A stretch of 61,485 nucleotides of DNA, filler included. It is 8 parts of 8 records of this genome, joined end to end, with 100 filler letters (N's around TTAATTAATTAA, not from the genome) between each part and the next. Parts side by side here need not be neighbours in the genome. Positions count along the whole stretch, not along the records: positions 27,343 to 34,251 come from SRR31156797_16770; positions 34,352 to 41,961 come from SRR31156797_16780; 6 more parts are not named here. One strand, given 5' to 3'. This document shows positions 30,601-39,437 of this stretch, in pieces (position 1 is the stretch's first letter; every line of letters starts with the position of its first letter). The notes under the pieces were generated by a model. It made no database searches and was not told where the DNA came from. It saw only the letters and a list, made by a program, of their open reading frames with translations. The translations under genes were made by a program, and so were the position numbers.

Positions 30601-33600
30601 CATGTATCGGTTGATTATCCAATAAGTATTAATGATGATGATTTTGAAGTTGATTACATCACAGGTTATGGTATACTTCATGCAGATGATCAATATTTCT
30701 ATAATGCGGCAACAGCCCTTGATAGTTTAGGATTTGAAGCATTTGTTGACACTGTGATATTGAAGTATTTTGATGATAACGGTTGTCCTTATACTAAAAT
30801 TAAGCTAATCAATATTGATTCAAGTAATGTTGACGCCACTGCTGATTTATTAATTGATAGTCAGTATTGCGCTGTAAATAGATACATCAAAGTTGATAAT
30901 AGTAAGCCACTTCATATTCTTGATAGTATTAAGGCTTATGGTGCAATTTTGGATACAACAGATACCACTTGTTATTTTAATCCTTTTTCTGTGTATGAAA
31001 ATACAGGCACAGATACAATGGTGATATATTCTGAAACAGTTATTACTGATCAGGTATCTGCTTATTTCAAAGATGAAAAGCAATGCCCGTATAAAAAAGA
31101 ATATGATGTTGATATTAGTGGTTCATTTGCATATAATTTGAATGGAACCCTGGTAACTTCTACAAATGAATATTGCCAATTTGACTTGAAATCCAGTTTG
31201 GTTGGAAATCCGGTAATTGATACTTTAATCGGTCCCGGATTGTTTTTTGATGCAGAAAATGATCAATGGTATTTGGATCCGGCTCATGATGATTTTACGA
31301 CTGCTGAGGATGATGTTGATACTTCACTAACTTATTACTATAGAGACAATTTTGGGTGTCCATGGTACTCAGATTATGAATTTGTAGTTTGGGCACGCCC
31401 TGAGCCTGATTTTACATTTTTTGAGCTCTGTGAAGGCGATACAACCCAAATTACTGATATAACTAACCTTGATGGTGAAGGAGTAATCAATACCTGGGAG
31501 TGGACTTTTGGAGACAACACACAACTATTTTTAGTGGGTGAAGGAAATTATCCGATAGCAGAAGAAAATACGTTTGGAACATATGCTGCACCAAGACACA
31601 TTTATCCTGGTCCTGATAAATGGCCATTGAAATTACGTGTTAAATCAGATAAAGGTTGTCAAAATCAAATTACAGATACAGTGATAATCGGAGGTTATCC
31701 AAATGTAGACTTTACTTTTGATGGTTTATTAAGCACTTTTAATACCTGGTTCTATAACCCATCAACAGCTAAACCTTTTGATCCAATTGTCAAATGTATT
31801 TGGAATTGGGGTCAAAATGAGGGTACTGATACTTTATCGGGATGCGACAACATTTTTCACAAGTATAATACTTACGGAGTGCGCAATGTAAAACTAAATG
31901 TTATTACGAATAATGGTTGCGAGGATTCAGTCATTAAAAAGGTGCCTATTTTTAAATACAAAATAGTGACCTCTGATGATATTTATGACCAATCATTTGA
32001 TTCTGCCAATAATGGATGGCTAGAAGCAGCTGAGTTTGTACCTGACATGAATTCTGGTTGGGAGCGTGAAGAGGTCAGTGGTAATTTACAGACTTTCCCA
32101 ATAAATGATGGTTTTATTTGGCGCACGGGCGAAGCTGCGGATGAAATTTACGGAGAAGATTCATGGATTGAATCGCCCGGATTTGATATTAGTCAGCTGG
32201 ATTTTCCGGTATTGTCCATCGACATTTATCAATCAGTTGAAAGAGGGCGCGATGGTGCAGTAGTGCAATATACACTTGATGATGGTGATAATTGGATTGT
32301 GTTAGATGATCAAATACAAAGTGTTGAAGAAGGTATTAACTGGTATAATGAAGATAATATTATAGGTAACCCGGGTAATCAAATCATAACGGATAAAGTT
32401 GGTTGGTCGGTGAATTTAAGTCAATGGCAAACAGCTCGTTTTCCATTAGACAGGGTTAAGCAGCAGGCCATTGATAGCAATGCAATAGCGGTTAGGTTTA
32501 GAGTAGCATATGCAAGTGATGAGGGAAATGACTCAACAATATATGATGGTTTCGCTTTTGATAATTTCAGGTTGTCAAGTCGCTCGCGCATTGTGCTTTT
32601 TGAGCAATTTGTGAATACAGATGCTGATTATGCTCTGGCCCGACAAAAAGAGCGTTGGTTAGACGGCTTTTTATCAGCAAATCCAATGGAGGCAGTAGGC
32701 ATCAACTACCACAACTATATTGCCGATGATTATGATCCACTATATTACCTGAATACTCCTGATATCAGTGCACGTTCTATGGAATATGGTGCCTATTTGG
32801 AGCAGTTGACAATGGTAGATGGATTACACCGTTGTGTTGAAGCTACAGGGGATGAGGCTGAGGCATATTATCGTATGCGAAGCTTAAAAGATAAAAAGTT
32901 TGATATTGAGGTTGAAACAAGTTTTGTTGATGGGGCATTGCAAGTTAGCGGAACAGTAACGAAACTGGTTGACACGCTAATTCATACCGAAGGTACTGAG
33001 AAAAGTGTTGTGCGTATCGGTATAGTGCAGAAAGAAATGGTTGTGGATGATACTGTATTCAAAAATGTTATGGTAGAATTGCTACCAGTGGGAATAGGTA
33101 ATGTAGTAAGGACTATTTCAGCTGATTTAGATAATCAAGATACTGTTCAATTCTCAGAAACCTGGTATCCGGATAATGTTACTACTATTGGTCAGGAGTA
33201 TCGTTTAGTTGTGTATGTGCAAGGTATTTGGGGTGTTGATGAAGTACATCAGGTATGGTTTGAGGATTTAGATCAGTCATTGATACCGCAAGTGGATATG
33301 AGTCTTGTGAACACGACAAATGATGAGGAAGGAGAAGATTCATTTGGCAATGAATCGCAAGATCAATTAAGTATTTTGCAGCGTCTAAGAATTTACCCTA
33401 TGCCGGCTTCAGGTAATTTTTATCTGGATTGGGGTCAGGCACTTGAATTTGATGTGAACTGGAAAATGACATCAATTGCCGGGCAGACTATTTTGAATGG
33501 TAAGGTTGCAAAAGGTAGCCGTAAACATTTAATAGAAGCTGAAAATATCCCGACAGGCGTGTATCTTATCTTGTTGCAAGATGATGATTTGAAATATTTG

Positions 33601-33627
33601 GAAAAAAGATTGGTAGTGATTAATTAA
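27643..33627 (+). CDS. ~1990-aa T9SS-secreted multidomain surface protein
   Basis: Signal peptide MKLILFILFSF; CBM5/12-like module; Cys-containing repeats; two PKD-like domains (WEWTFGD, WNWG); Omp28-like region; CTD IYPMPA...GVYLI...KRLVVIN. Confidence 0.85.
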   Translation: MKLILFILFSFILFSTFGQTITVKEYNQNGDPIPITNSQRDVVLGETISLEISILESAIDDFSNTPYDVGGTDIHRGLEIKSPPNEPIFEIIETYNETSFEVIYLLGKDIDGINSTLIDDDSGADYYRAFSTFVSDSQDHIDSITFKYVHIAIPCDLAPGSYEITLNEIDDFVGNASFTEDTILTLTYTEPEVSIDIPEPEIRDACYSNTVNLDVIIEEGGSDCAQYTLFVNNQNEGQFNDTINYAFSYGDWVKVQILGGQEFSDSIQIDGDYFMPLELNSKTHTNNTVLCPNEKVSFDIGVGLCTPNSITLYKEGTPDVIIGNPENASFDFSFEEACTVYAKLVYSVSGDDVEVQTSTFTISEILGAGLEYDFLDTYAFPVVDSGVNLMNLEYNETAPYVLPFENREVGTVPLKLGKDSASNYKVYRQPSVSEYLFYRFDIPYDSYPANTISDSIEFYKAGIEKGDGIPNIVTLYYGKYYETQGKYCYDSTSTAVYVIRDDVFIPQSAFCSNDDEEYTIEINTDLTNYQNTLFLEDTTVYSDVTYAGYNILVSGSYDETHVINADNSGHVINLIPSLWDTIGSEFEIVAKAKIELIQVTSSDCPQQWYKYGSYNEGQKVYYNGRVYKALQYISGSGLIIHPHDPVEIQSNDNEVRAPVPIGDPIVIYITPGVHTEYWEDVGTCNLGATTSMFVEAGYANNTFDIINPAKDGKFLDFQINYCRSNKEIELESNYTILDIVGGGGAITEDDEGVWKFIPEKMLPVGDIATSSEITLYYEDLYGCAEDTTYTVNVNENYKVKRNVQLSLDNIYCKTDRVFNLTCNYGIDSIYGPGVGDTVIPFVFTPDSAIDESIDSADINIYFEYRDNNQCWNDTTFNITIDKEYNVRKDAELNLDNLYCPVNDSIKVESNYSIISLSGEGLIEEDDIYTFNPFLALSDLDSLMVNMELEYRDKGRCLYNKTFNIEVNRNKLVDQSGFIENLWDEYCHVSVDYPISINDDDFEVDYITGYGILHADDQYFYNAATALDSLGFEAFVDTVILKYFDDNGCPYTKIKLINIDSSNVDATADLLIDSQYCAVNRYIKVDNSKPLHILDSIKAYGAILDTTDTTCYFNPFSVYENTGTDTMVIYSETVITDQVSAYFKDEKQCPYKKEYDVDISGSFAYNLNGTLVTSTNEYCQFDLKSSLVGNPVIDTLIGPGLFFDAENDQWYLDPAHDDFTTAEDDVDTSLTYYYRDNFGCPWYSDYEFVVWARPEPDFTFFELCEGDTTQITDITNLDGEGVINTWEWTFGDNTQLFLVGEGNYPIAEENTFGTYAAPRHIYPGPDKWPLKLRVKSDKGCQNQITDTVIIGGYPNVDFTFDGLLSTFNTWFYNPSTAKPFDPIVKCIWNWGQNEGTDTLSGCDNIFHKYNTYGVRNVKLNVITNNGCEDSVIKKVPIFKYKIVTSDDIYDQSFDSANNGWLEAAEFVPDMNSGWEREEVSGNLQTFPINDGFIWRTGEAADEIYGEDSWIESPGFDISQLDFPVLSIDIYQSVERGRDGAVVQYTLDDGDNWIVLDDQIQSVEEGINWYNEDNIIGNPGNQIITDKVGWSVNLSQWQTARFPLDRVKQQAIDSNAIAVRFRVAYASDEGNDSTIYDGFAFDNFRLSSRSRIVLFEQFVNTDADYALARQKERWLDGFLSANPMEAVGINYHNYIADDYDPLYYLNTPDISARSMEYGAYLEQLTMVDGLHRCVEATGDEAEAYYRMRSLKDKKFDIEVETSFVDGALQVSGTVTKLVDTLIHTEGTEKSVVRIGIVQKEMVVDDTVFKNVMVELLPVGIGNVVRTISADLDNQDTVQFSETWYPDNVTTIGQEYRLVVYVQGIWGVDEVHQVWFEDLDQSLIPQVDMSLVNTTNDEEGEDSFGNESQDQLSILQRLRIYPMPASGNFYLDWGQALEFDVNWKMTSIAGQTILNGKVAKGSRKHLIEAENIPTGVYLILLQDDDLKYLEKRLVVIN

Positions 33628-33659
33628 TTTTTTCATGTTCGAAGCTATGTAATAGCTAT

Positions 33660-33693
33660 TAGGGAGTGTAGTAGCTGACACTCCCTATTTTTT
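33660..33693 (+). terminator. Intrinsic terminator
   Basis: TAGGGAGTGT-N8-ACACTCCCTA followed by a T run. Confidence 0.8.
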
Positions 33694-33723
33694 AAATTAA
33701 CTGAACAAAAACATATTAAAGTC

Positions 33724-34041
33724 ATGAATATATCATTGGACAAATTTTGGGATTTTATCAAACAATGGAGTGCCGGACGCTTGGCAGTTTTAATATTACT
33801 CGTTGGTGAACTCATTGTTAAACTTAAAAAAGATACGCATTTCATTGAACCAGAGATGCTATTCAAGCTTATTTCTATGGCCATTTTGCTTGAAGTATTT
33901 GAAAATGTCATCCAAAAAATGAAAGCTGACAAGAAATTATTTTGGTTATACTTAATTGCAGTAATAATGTCTTTGGGTGCTCTGGTTACAATTGCTTTGT
34001 CAATGGTTTTACGTTTTCAACCTGAAGTAACCGGACTTTGA
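33724..34041 (+). CDS. Small membrane hypothetical protein
   Basis: 105 aa with about three hydrophobic segments. Confidence 0.6.
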   Translation: MNISLDKFWDFIKQWSAGRLAVLILLVGELIVKLKKDTHFIEPEMLFKLISMAILLEVFENVIQKMKADKKLFWLYLIAVIMSLGALVTIALSMVLRFQPEVTGL

Positions 34042-34110
34042 CAGAAGTGAGTATTGAGTCCCGAAAAATTACAAAATCAGAGATTTTTTATTTTTCGGCA
34101 TGTGAATTAG

Positions 34111-34222
34111 GAGTATTGAGTATTGAGTAAAGAGTTTTGTGTAGTTCATTTGTTGGAAAAACCAATATATAGAATTGAACATTCAACATCAATTAATCAT
34201 TAATCATTAAAAATTAATCATT
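34111..34222. repeat. Intergenic heptamer tandem repeats
   Basis: GAGTATT GAGTATT GAGTAAA GAGTTTT (34111-34138) and ATTAATC ATTAATC ATTAAAA ATTAATC (34192-34219). Confidence 0.7.
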
Positions 34223-34251
34223 ATTTCTCCCTCTTCTTCAACATCCTGGCA

Positions 34252-34351
34252 NNNNNNNNNNNNNNNNNNNNNNNNNNNNNNNNNNNNNNNNNNNNTTAAT
34301 TAATTAANNNNNNNNNNNNNNNNNNNNNNNNNNNNNNNNNNNNNNNNNNNN
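34252..34351. other. Artificial contig linker
   Basis: 44 N + TTAATTAATTAA + 44 N. Confidence 0.98.
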
Positions 34352-34379
34352 CGTTAAACCATTTAACTGTACCTTTCAT
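34352..34379 (-). CDS. cspA: 5' end of a cold-shock protein
   Basis: GGAGG RBS then MKGTVKWFN. Confidence 0.88.
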
Positions 34380-34501
34380 TTGAAAACCTCCGTATATTTT
34401 TTTCTAATGATATAAATTCAATATTTATTATTAATACGAAAGCTTTTCGAAAGAAACTCAAATATTAAAACGTAAAAATTGTTCTTTACCACTGAGTCAT
34501 T

Positions 34502-34530
34502 ATTATAACTCATTCTCTGTTTTTTGTAAA
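34502..34530 (-). promoter_or_regulatory. Sigma70 promoter for csp
   Basis: TTTACA-N17-TATAAT on the minus strand, giving the long 5' UTR typical of csp genes. Confidence 0.65.
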
Positions 34531-34604
34531 GCTTTTAATTAATTTATTTTTTTATTACTTTATTATTTGTTAAGCAGAATAATTACAAATAGCATCTAAA
34601 CACT

Positions 34605-35612
34605 CTATTTTGTTGACTCTCTTAACAATACTTCGTATTCCGAATATATCTTTTTATTAATAGGATATTTTTCATCAAGCATATCTATAAATAATTTCGC
34701 TGCTTTTTCTCCCAAAACATTCATTTTCTGATCTACTGTGGATAATGACGGTGTCATAAGTGATGATATCTCAGTATTCGAGTAACCAATTACTGAAACT
34801 TGCTCCGGAATTTTGATCCCTTTACTAAGAAGCTCCCTCATTGCACCTATTGCAATCATATCTGATGAGCAAAAAATAGTTATAGGAAATTCTATATCTC
34901 TATCCAGAAGTTCATTTACTCCTTCTATTCCACTTTGATAACTATATTTACAATCTATCAGCTGATTTTTGTTAAAGGGAATATTATTATCTTTTGATAC
35001 TTCTTTTAATGCGCTAATTTTGGCAATAGTTGTTTTCCAATCAGCATCTCCAAACAGGAAAATATTTCTATGTCCTTTTTCTATTAGAAGTTGAAGTGCA
35101 TCATAACTGGCTTTTTTTTCATCAACCATTATAGAGTACATCTTATTGCCGCCTCTAATATAACTATTTATTAGAACAACAGGATAGTTTTTACTTAATT
35201 CAATAAGAAAGTTAGAATTTTCATCTTTTTGCGGTCTACTTCCTGCAATGATAAAACCTTCTACTTTTTTTTGTACAAGCATCTCTATCTCTTTTCTTTC
35301 TGTTTCGGAATTATTCTCAGTAGAGCATAATATTATTTTATATCCTTTTTTTTGGCAGATAGAATCAACACTCTTTACTATTTGCGCAAAGAACGGGTTG
35401 CCTATATCAGATATTAAAACTCCTATGGTTTTCATACTTTTATTATTTAAACCTCTTGCTAATGCATTTGGTGTATAGTTATTCTCTTTCATTACTTGAA
35501 GGATTCTTTGACGGGTTTTCTCTTTAACAGAACCGCTGTTGTTCAAAACTCGGGAAACTGTTGCTACAGATACTCGACTATCCCTCGCTAAATCATAAAT
35601 TGTATAACTCAT
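34605..35612 (-). CDS. LacI-family transcriptional regulator
   Basis: TIYDLARDSRVSVATVSRVLN, YTPNALARGL, PSLSTVDQ, LRES. Confidence 0.95.
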   Translation of the reverse strand: MSYTIYDLARDSRVSVATVSRVLNNSGSVKEKTRQRILQVMKENNYTPNALARGLNNKSMKTIGVLISDIGNPFFAQIVKSVDSICQKKGYKIILCSTENNSETERKEIEMLVQKKVEGFIIAGSRPQKDENSNFLIELSKNYPVVLINSYIRGGNKMYSIMVDEKKASYDALQLLIEKGHRNIFLFGDADWKTTIAKISALKEVSKDNNIPFNKNQLIDCKYSYQSGIEGVNELLDRDIEFPITIFCSSDMIAIGAMRELLSKGIKIPEQVSVIGYSNTEISSLMTPSLSTVDQKMNVLGEKAAKLFIDMLDEKYPINKKIYSEYEVLLRESTK

Positions 35613-35637
35613 ATTAACGATCCTTTCTTAGTAATTT

Positions 35638-36205
35638 TGTAACAGGTTCCTTTTAATTTAGTCACTTTATTTTCTATTTCTTAAAAAGCAAACACTGTCG
35701 TTACTATATTATACAATAAATTTAGTTTTATATCTATCAAAATTTTATCCTTGATTTTAAAGGTTTTCAGCTTTTTGGAACAGGTTACAAAAAATATTCA
35801 AAAACCCTTTACAAACTAAAAAATTTGAGGTATACTCTTCTTGTGATGATAAAGCGCCTAAAAAGTTCTATTTTAAAACAAAAAATTCTTTTTTGATATT
35901 TTATGTGAACTTTTAGCTTTGCCTAACCTGTATTTTTTTTCTTAAATTAGCTCAAAAAATGTTTTTTAGATAGAATCAACTTATTTTTTATCAAAAAATG
36001 TAACAGGTACCATTTTTCGTTTAAAACTACTTTATATACTTTAAGTCAATAAATTAAAGGCTTTATTGAAAGATTATTTTTTATAGAATTTAACGCAAAA
36101 AATGAATTCGAATAAAAAATTAAAGAGTTTATATACAAATATTAATTTTTATATTAAAATGGGGAGGAGGATCTATTTTTTTGTTACAAAATGTAACAGG
36201 TTCCA
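35638..36205. promoter_or_regulatory. Four LacI-type operators
   Basis: 35638 TGTAACAGGTTCCT, 35776 TGGAACAGGTTACA, 35999 TGTAACAGGTACCA, 36192 TGTAACAGGTTCCA. Confidence 0.8.
35808..35836 (+). promoter_or_regulatory. Sigma70 promoter toward the TRAP operon
   Basis: TTTACA-N17-TATACT next to operator 2. Confidence 0.6.
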
Positions 36206-36322
36206 AAACTATAAGGTATAATAGATAGTATTGGGTGTGGAAGTTTGCTCTATTATAAATTAGACTGCAAAATATCATTTTTATCAAAACAAAGATCATA
36301 TGAAAAAACTAGGAGGAAATTA

Positions 36323-37348
36323 ATGAAAAGATCAAGAGTTAACGTTTTATTATCTGCAATTATGTTAGTATTATTTACATCGGTATCATACGCTGGATTA
36401 TTTGATATGTTTAAGAAAAAATCGAAAGACAAAACAAAAACATTAAAATTAGCTCATAACTTAAATGAAAAACATACAGTTCATTTGGCTTTAGCGGAGT
36501 TTGCAGGTTTAGTTGAAGAGAAAACAAACGGTCAGGTTAAAGTTCAAATCTTCCCTAACGGACAACTTGGTGGAGAGTCAGATGTATTAGAACAATTACA
36601 AGCTGGGGCAGTTGCAATGACTAAAGTATCTGCTGCTGCATTAACTACATATAACGAAGGATACAATGCATTTACATTACCATATGTATTCGCTGACGAA
36701 GATCACTACTTTAAATCAATGGCTTCACCTGCTGTTGAAAACTTATATTCAGAGACAAAAACTAACGGATTTGTTGGATTAACTTTCTACAACTCTGGAG
36801 CTAGATCATTCTATACTGTTGATAAGCCTATCTTAAGTCCTGCTGATTTAAGAGGAACTAAAATCAGAGTTATGGGATTCCAATCTCAAACAGATATGGT
36901 TAAAGCATTAGGTGGAACTCCGGTTGGATTACCTTATGGAGAAGTTTATACTTCATTACAATCAGGTGTTATCGATGGTGCTGAAAGTAACGAAACTGCA
37001 TTAACAGTTGGAAAACATGGAGAAGTTTGTAAAGAGTTCTCTTATGACGAGCACACTAGAATTCCTGATATCCTAGTAATTTCATCTAAAGTATTAGAAG
37101 GATTAAGTGCTGAGCAACAAGCAGCATTAAAAGAAGCTGCTACTGAGTCTACTGCATCTCACAGAGTTATGTGGACAAAAGCTATCGACGAAGCTAGAAA
37201 AGATGCTACTGAAAATTTAGGTGTTACTTTCCACACAGTTGATAAAGCTCCATTTAGAAAAGCTGTTCAACCTATGTTAGATGAATACGGAGCAAGAATG
37301 CCTAAAGTTCAAACTCTATTAACTGCATTCAAAAAATTAGAAGACTAA
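36323..37348 (+). CDS. dctP: TRAP transporter substrate-binding protein (DctP family)
   Basis: AGGAGG RBS; IFPNGQLG, GARSFY, KIRVM, GEVYTSLQSGVIDGAE. Confidence 0.93.
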   Translation: MKRSRVNVLLSAIMLVLFTSVSYAGLFDMFKKKSKDKTKTLKLAHNLNEKHTVHLALAEFAGLVEEKTNGQVKVQIFPNGQLGGESDVLEQLQAGAVAMTKVSAAALTTYNEGYNAFTLPYVFADEDHYFKSMASPAVENLYSETKTNGFVGLTFYNSGARSFYTVDKPILSPADLRGTKIRVMGFQSQTDMVKALGGTPVGLPYGEVYTSLQSGVIDGAESNETALTVGKHGEVCKEFSYDEHTRIPDILVISSKVLEGLSAEQQAALKEAATESTASHRVMWTKAIDEARKDATENLGVTFHTVDKAPFRKAVQPMLDEYGARMPKVQTLLTAFKKLED

Positions 37349-37378
37349 TCTAAAAAAATAATTTTATTTTTAATAGTT

Positions 37379-37604
37379 AGCCGGGAAACTTAGACAAAAT
37401 CAAGTTTCTCGGCTTAAATAAAATCATTAAGACCTTGCCTACGCGGCAAACTGCGCAAACCTTACGTTTGATCGGGTTATAATTTAAATATTTGTAGTTA
37501 TTACACTAAGCTTATTTAAGTTCTAAATGGGTCAAGCGTCACCTAGTTTTGGTGAAGGTGAATCATTTTCACCTTAACTTGTGCAAGGCGACTGCATAAG
37601 TCGC
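37379..37604. repeat. Multi-hairpin intergenic element between dctP and dctQ
   Basis: AGCCGGGAAACTT/AAGTTTCTCGGCT, TCACC/GGTGA, AAGGTGAA/TTCACCTT, GCGACT/AGTCGC stems. Confidence 0.55.
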
Positions 37605-37626
37605 GGTTTTACTATAGGAGGCACAA

Positions 37627-38118
37627 ATGAAATATATAGAGTTAATTAAAACAAGTATAAATAAAGTACTCGCTTTAGTAATTTCAGTACTTTTAACTGT
37701 TATGACACTCTTAGTTTTATGGCAGGTATTCACTAGATACATTATGAATAATCCGAGTACATTTACTGAAGAGTTAGTAATTATCATATTAGTTTGGACA
37801 TCATTCTTAGGAGCAGCATATGCATTTGGTACCAGAGAACATATGGCTCTTATTTTCCTTAAGAATAAACTTACAGGTAAGAAAAAGCAAGCACTTACAT
37901 TTTTTATAGACATCGTTGTGTTATTCTTCGTTTGGACAATACTTATAAGAGGTGGATTAAAGATTACTATGGGAGTTATGGCTACAAGAACACCTATTTT
38001 AGGATTATCAAAATCCGTAATCTACTCTAGTACTTTAGTTTCGGGGATAATAATCGCAATATTCCAAGTAGTAAATATACTTGAAGATTTTATTGATACA
38101 AAAAAAGGAGTTGAGTAA
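37627..38118 (+). CDS. dctQ: TRAP small permease
   Basis: QVFTRY..NNPSTFTEEL, FLGAAYAF..REH; four TM. Confidence 0.92.
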   Translation: MKYIELIKTSINKVLALVISVLLTVMTLLVLWQVFTRYIMNNPSTFTEELVIIILVWTSFLGAAYAFGTREHMALIFLKNKLTGKKKQALTFFIDIVVLFFVWTILIRGGLKITMGVMATRTPILGLSKSVIYSSTLVSGIIIAIFQVVNILEDFIDTKKGVE

Positions 38119-38120
38119 GA

Positions 38121-39422
38121 ATGGCATTACAGGCGGCAATATTATTATTTGTAATTTTTCTTACATTATTAGTTATTGGAGTTCCTATCTCAATCGGTAT
38201 AGGAGTTTCGGCAATGATTACAGCATTAACTGTAGTTCCTGTTGATGTTGCAATTTTTACAATAGCTCAAAAAATGGTTACCGGTATCAGTAGTTTCTCA
38301 CTACTGGCTGTACCACTATTTGTACTGTCAGGTAACATAATGAATAACGGTGGAATAGCCAAACGACTGGTTAATTTCGCAAAAGTTATCGCAGGTAGAA
38401 TTCCTGGTTCATTAGCACATACTAATGTATTAGGTAATATGTTATTCGGTTCATTATCTGGTTCAGCAGTTGCGGCATGTGCTGCAATCGGTGGTACTAT
38501 GGCTCCACTTGAAAAAGAGGAAGGTTATGACCCATCATTCTCAGCTGCAGTAAATATCGCATCATCTGCAACAGGTATGTTAATCCCGCCAAGTGGGGTA
38601 TTAATTCTTTATTCACTAGTTGCTGGTGGGGTATCAATCTCTGCTCTATTTATCGCCGGGTATATTCCCGGAATTTTAATGGGATTAGCAGTAATGTCAA
38701 TTGCTTATTTCTATGCTAAGAAAAATAACTATCCTGTATCAGAAAAAGTAAGTTTTTCTGAAGGATTCAAAATATTTCTAGAAGCTGTACCAAGTTTATT
38801 ATTAATCGTTGTTGTTATCGGTGGTATCGTATTTGGAGTATTTACAGCTACTGAAGGAGCTGCTGTTGCAGTTGGGTATACTGCAATTTTATCTTTCTTC
38901 TACAAGAACTTAACTTTAGAAAGTCTTAAACAAATTATCCTTAAGACTGCTATAACAACCGGAGTTATTATGTTCTTAGTTGCTTCATCATCAGCTATGT
39001 CTTGGGTAATGGCTTTCACAGGAATTCCACAAGCTATCAGTGATTTAATACTTTCAATATCATCAAATAAATATGTAATTTTATTAATCATGAATATTAC
39101 TTTATTAATCGTTGGAACTTTCATGGATTTAACTCCGGCTGTATTAATATTTACACCTATATTCTTACCAATCGCTACAGAATTAGGATTACATCCAGTT
39201 CACTTTGGTATTTTCTTAGTATTCAACCTGTGTATCGGTATCATGACTCCACCAGTTGGAAGTGTACTGTTCGTTGGATGTAGTGTTGGTGGCGTCTCAA
39301 TAGAGTCGGTAATTAAACCACTCTTGCCATTCTTTGCAGCTTTAATCTTTGTATTAATGTTACTTACTTACATACCTGAACTTAGTTTATTTTTACCAAG
39401 AATGTTTAATCTATTAGGATAA
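38121..39422 (+). CDS. dctM: TRAP large permease
   Basis: SFSLLAVPLF, SGSAVA, LIPPS, FTATE, TPPVG. Confidence 0.95.
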   Translation: MALQAAILLFVIFLTLLVIGVPISIGIGVSAMITALTVVPVDVAIFTIAQKMVTGISSFSLLAVPLFVLSGNIMNNGGIAKRLVNFAKVIAGRIPGSLAHTNVLGNMLFGSLSGSAVAACAAIGGTMAPLEKEEGYDPSFSAAVNIASSATGMLIPPSGVLILYSLVAGGVSISALFIAGYIPGILMGLAVMSIAYFYAKKNNYPVSEKVSFSEGFKIFLEAVPSLLLIVVVIGGIVFGVFTATEGAAVAVGYTAILSFFYKNLTLESLKQIILKTAITTGVIMFLVASSSAMSWVMAFTGIPQAISDLILSISSNKYVILLIMNITLLIVGTFMDLTPAVLIFTPIFLPIATELGLHPVHFGIFLVFNLCIGIMTPPVGSVLFVGCSVGGVSIESVIKPLLPFFAALIFVLMLLTYIPELSLFLPRMFNLLG

Positions 39423-39437
39423 AGGGGATATTTGATT

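Noticed and set aside
36159-36228. GGAGGAGG followed by a short ORF overlapping operator 4
   Set aside because: About 20 codons with a weak start and no supporting feature; better explained as regulatory DNA.
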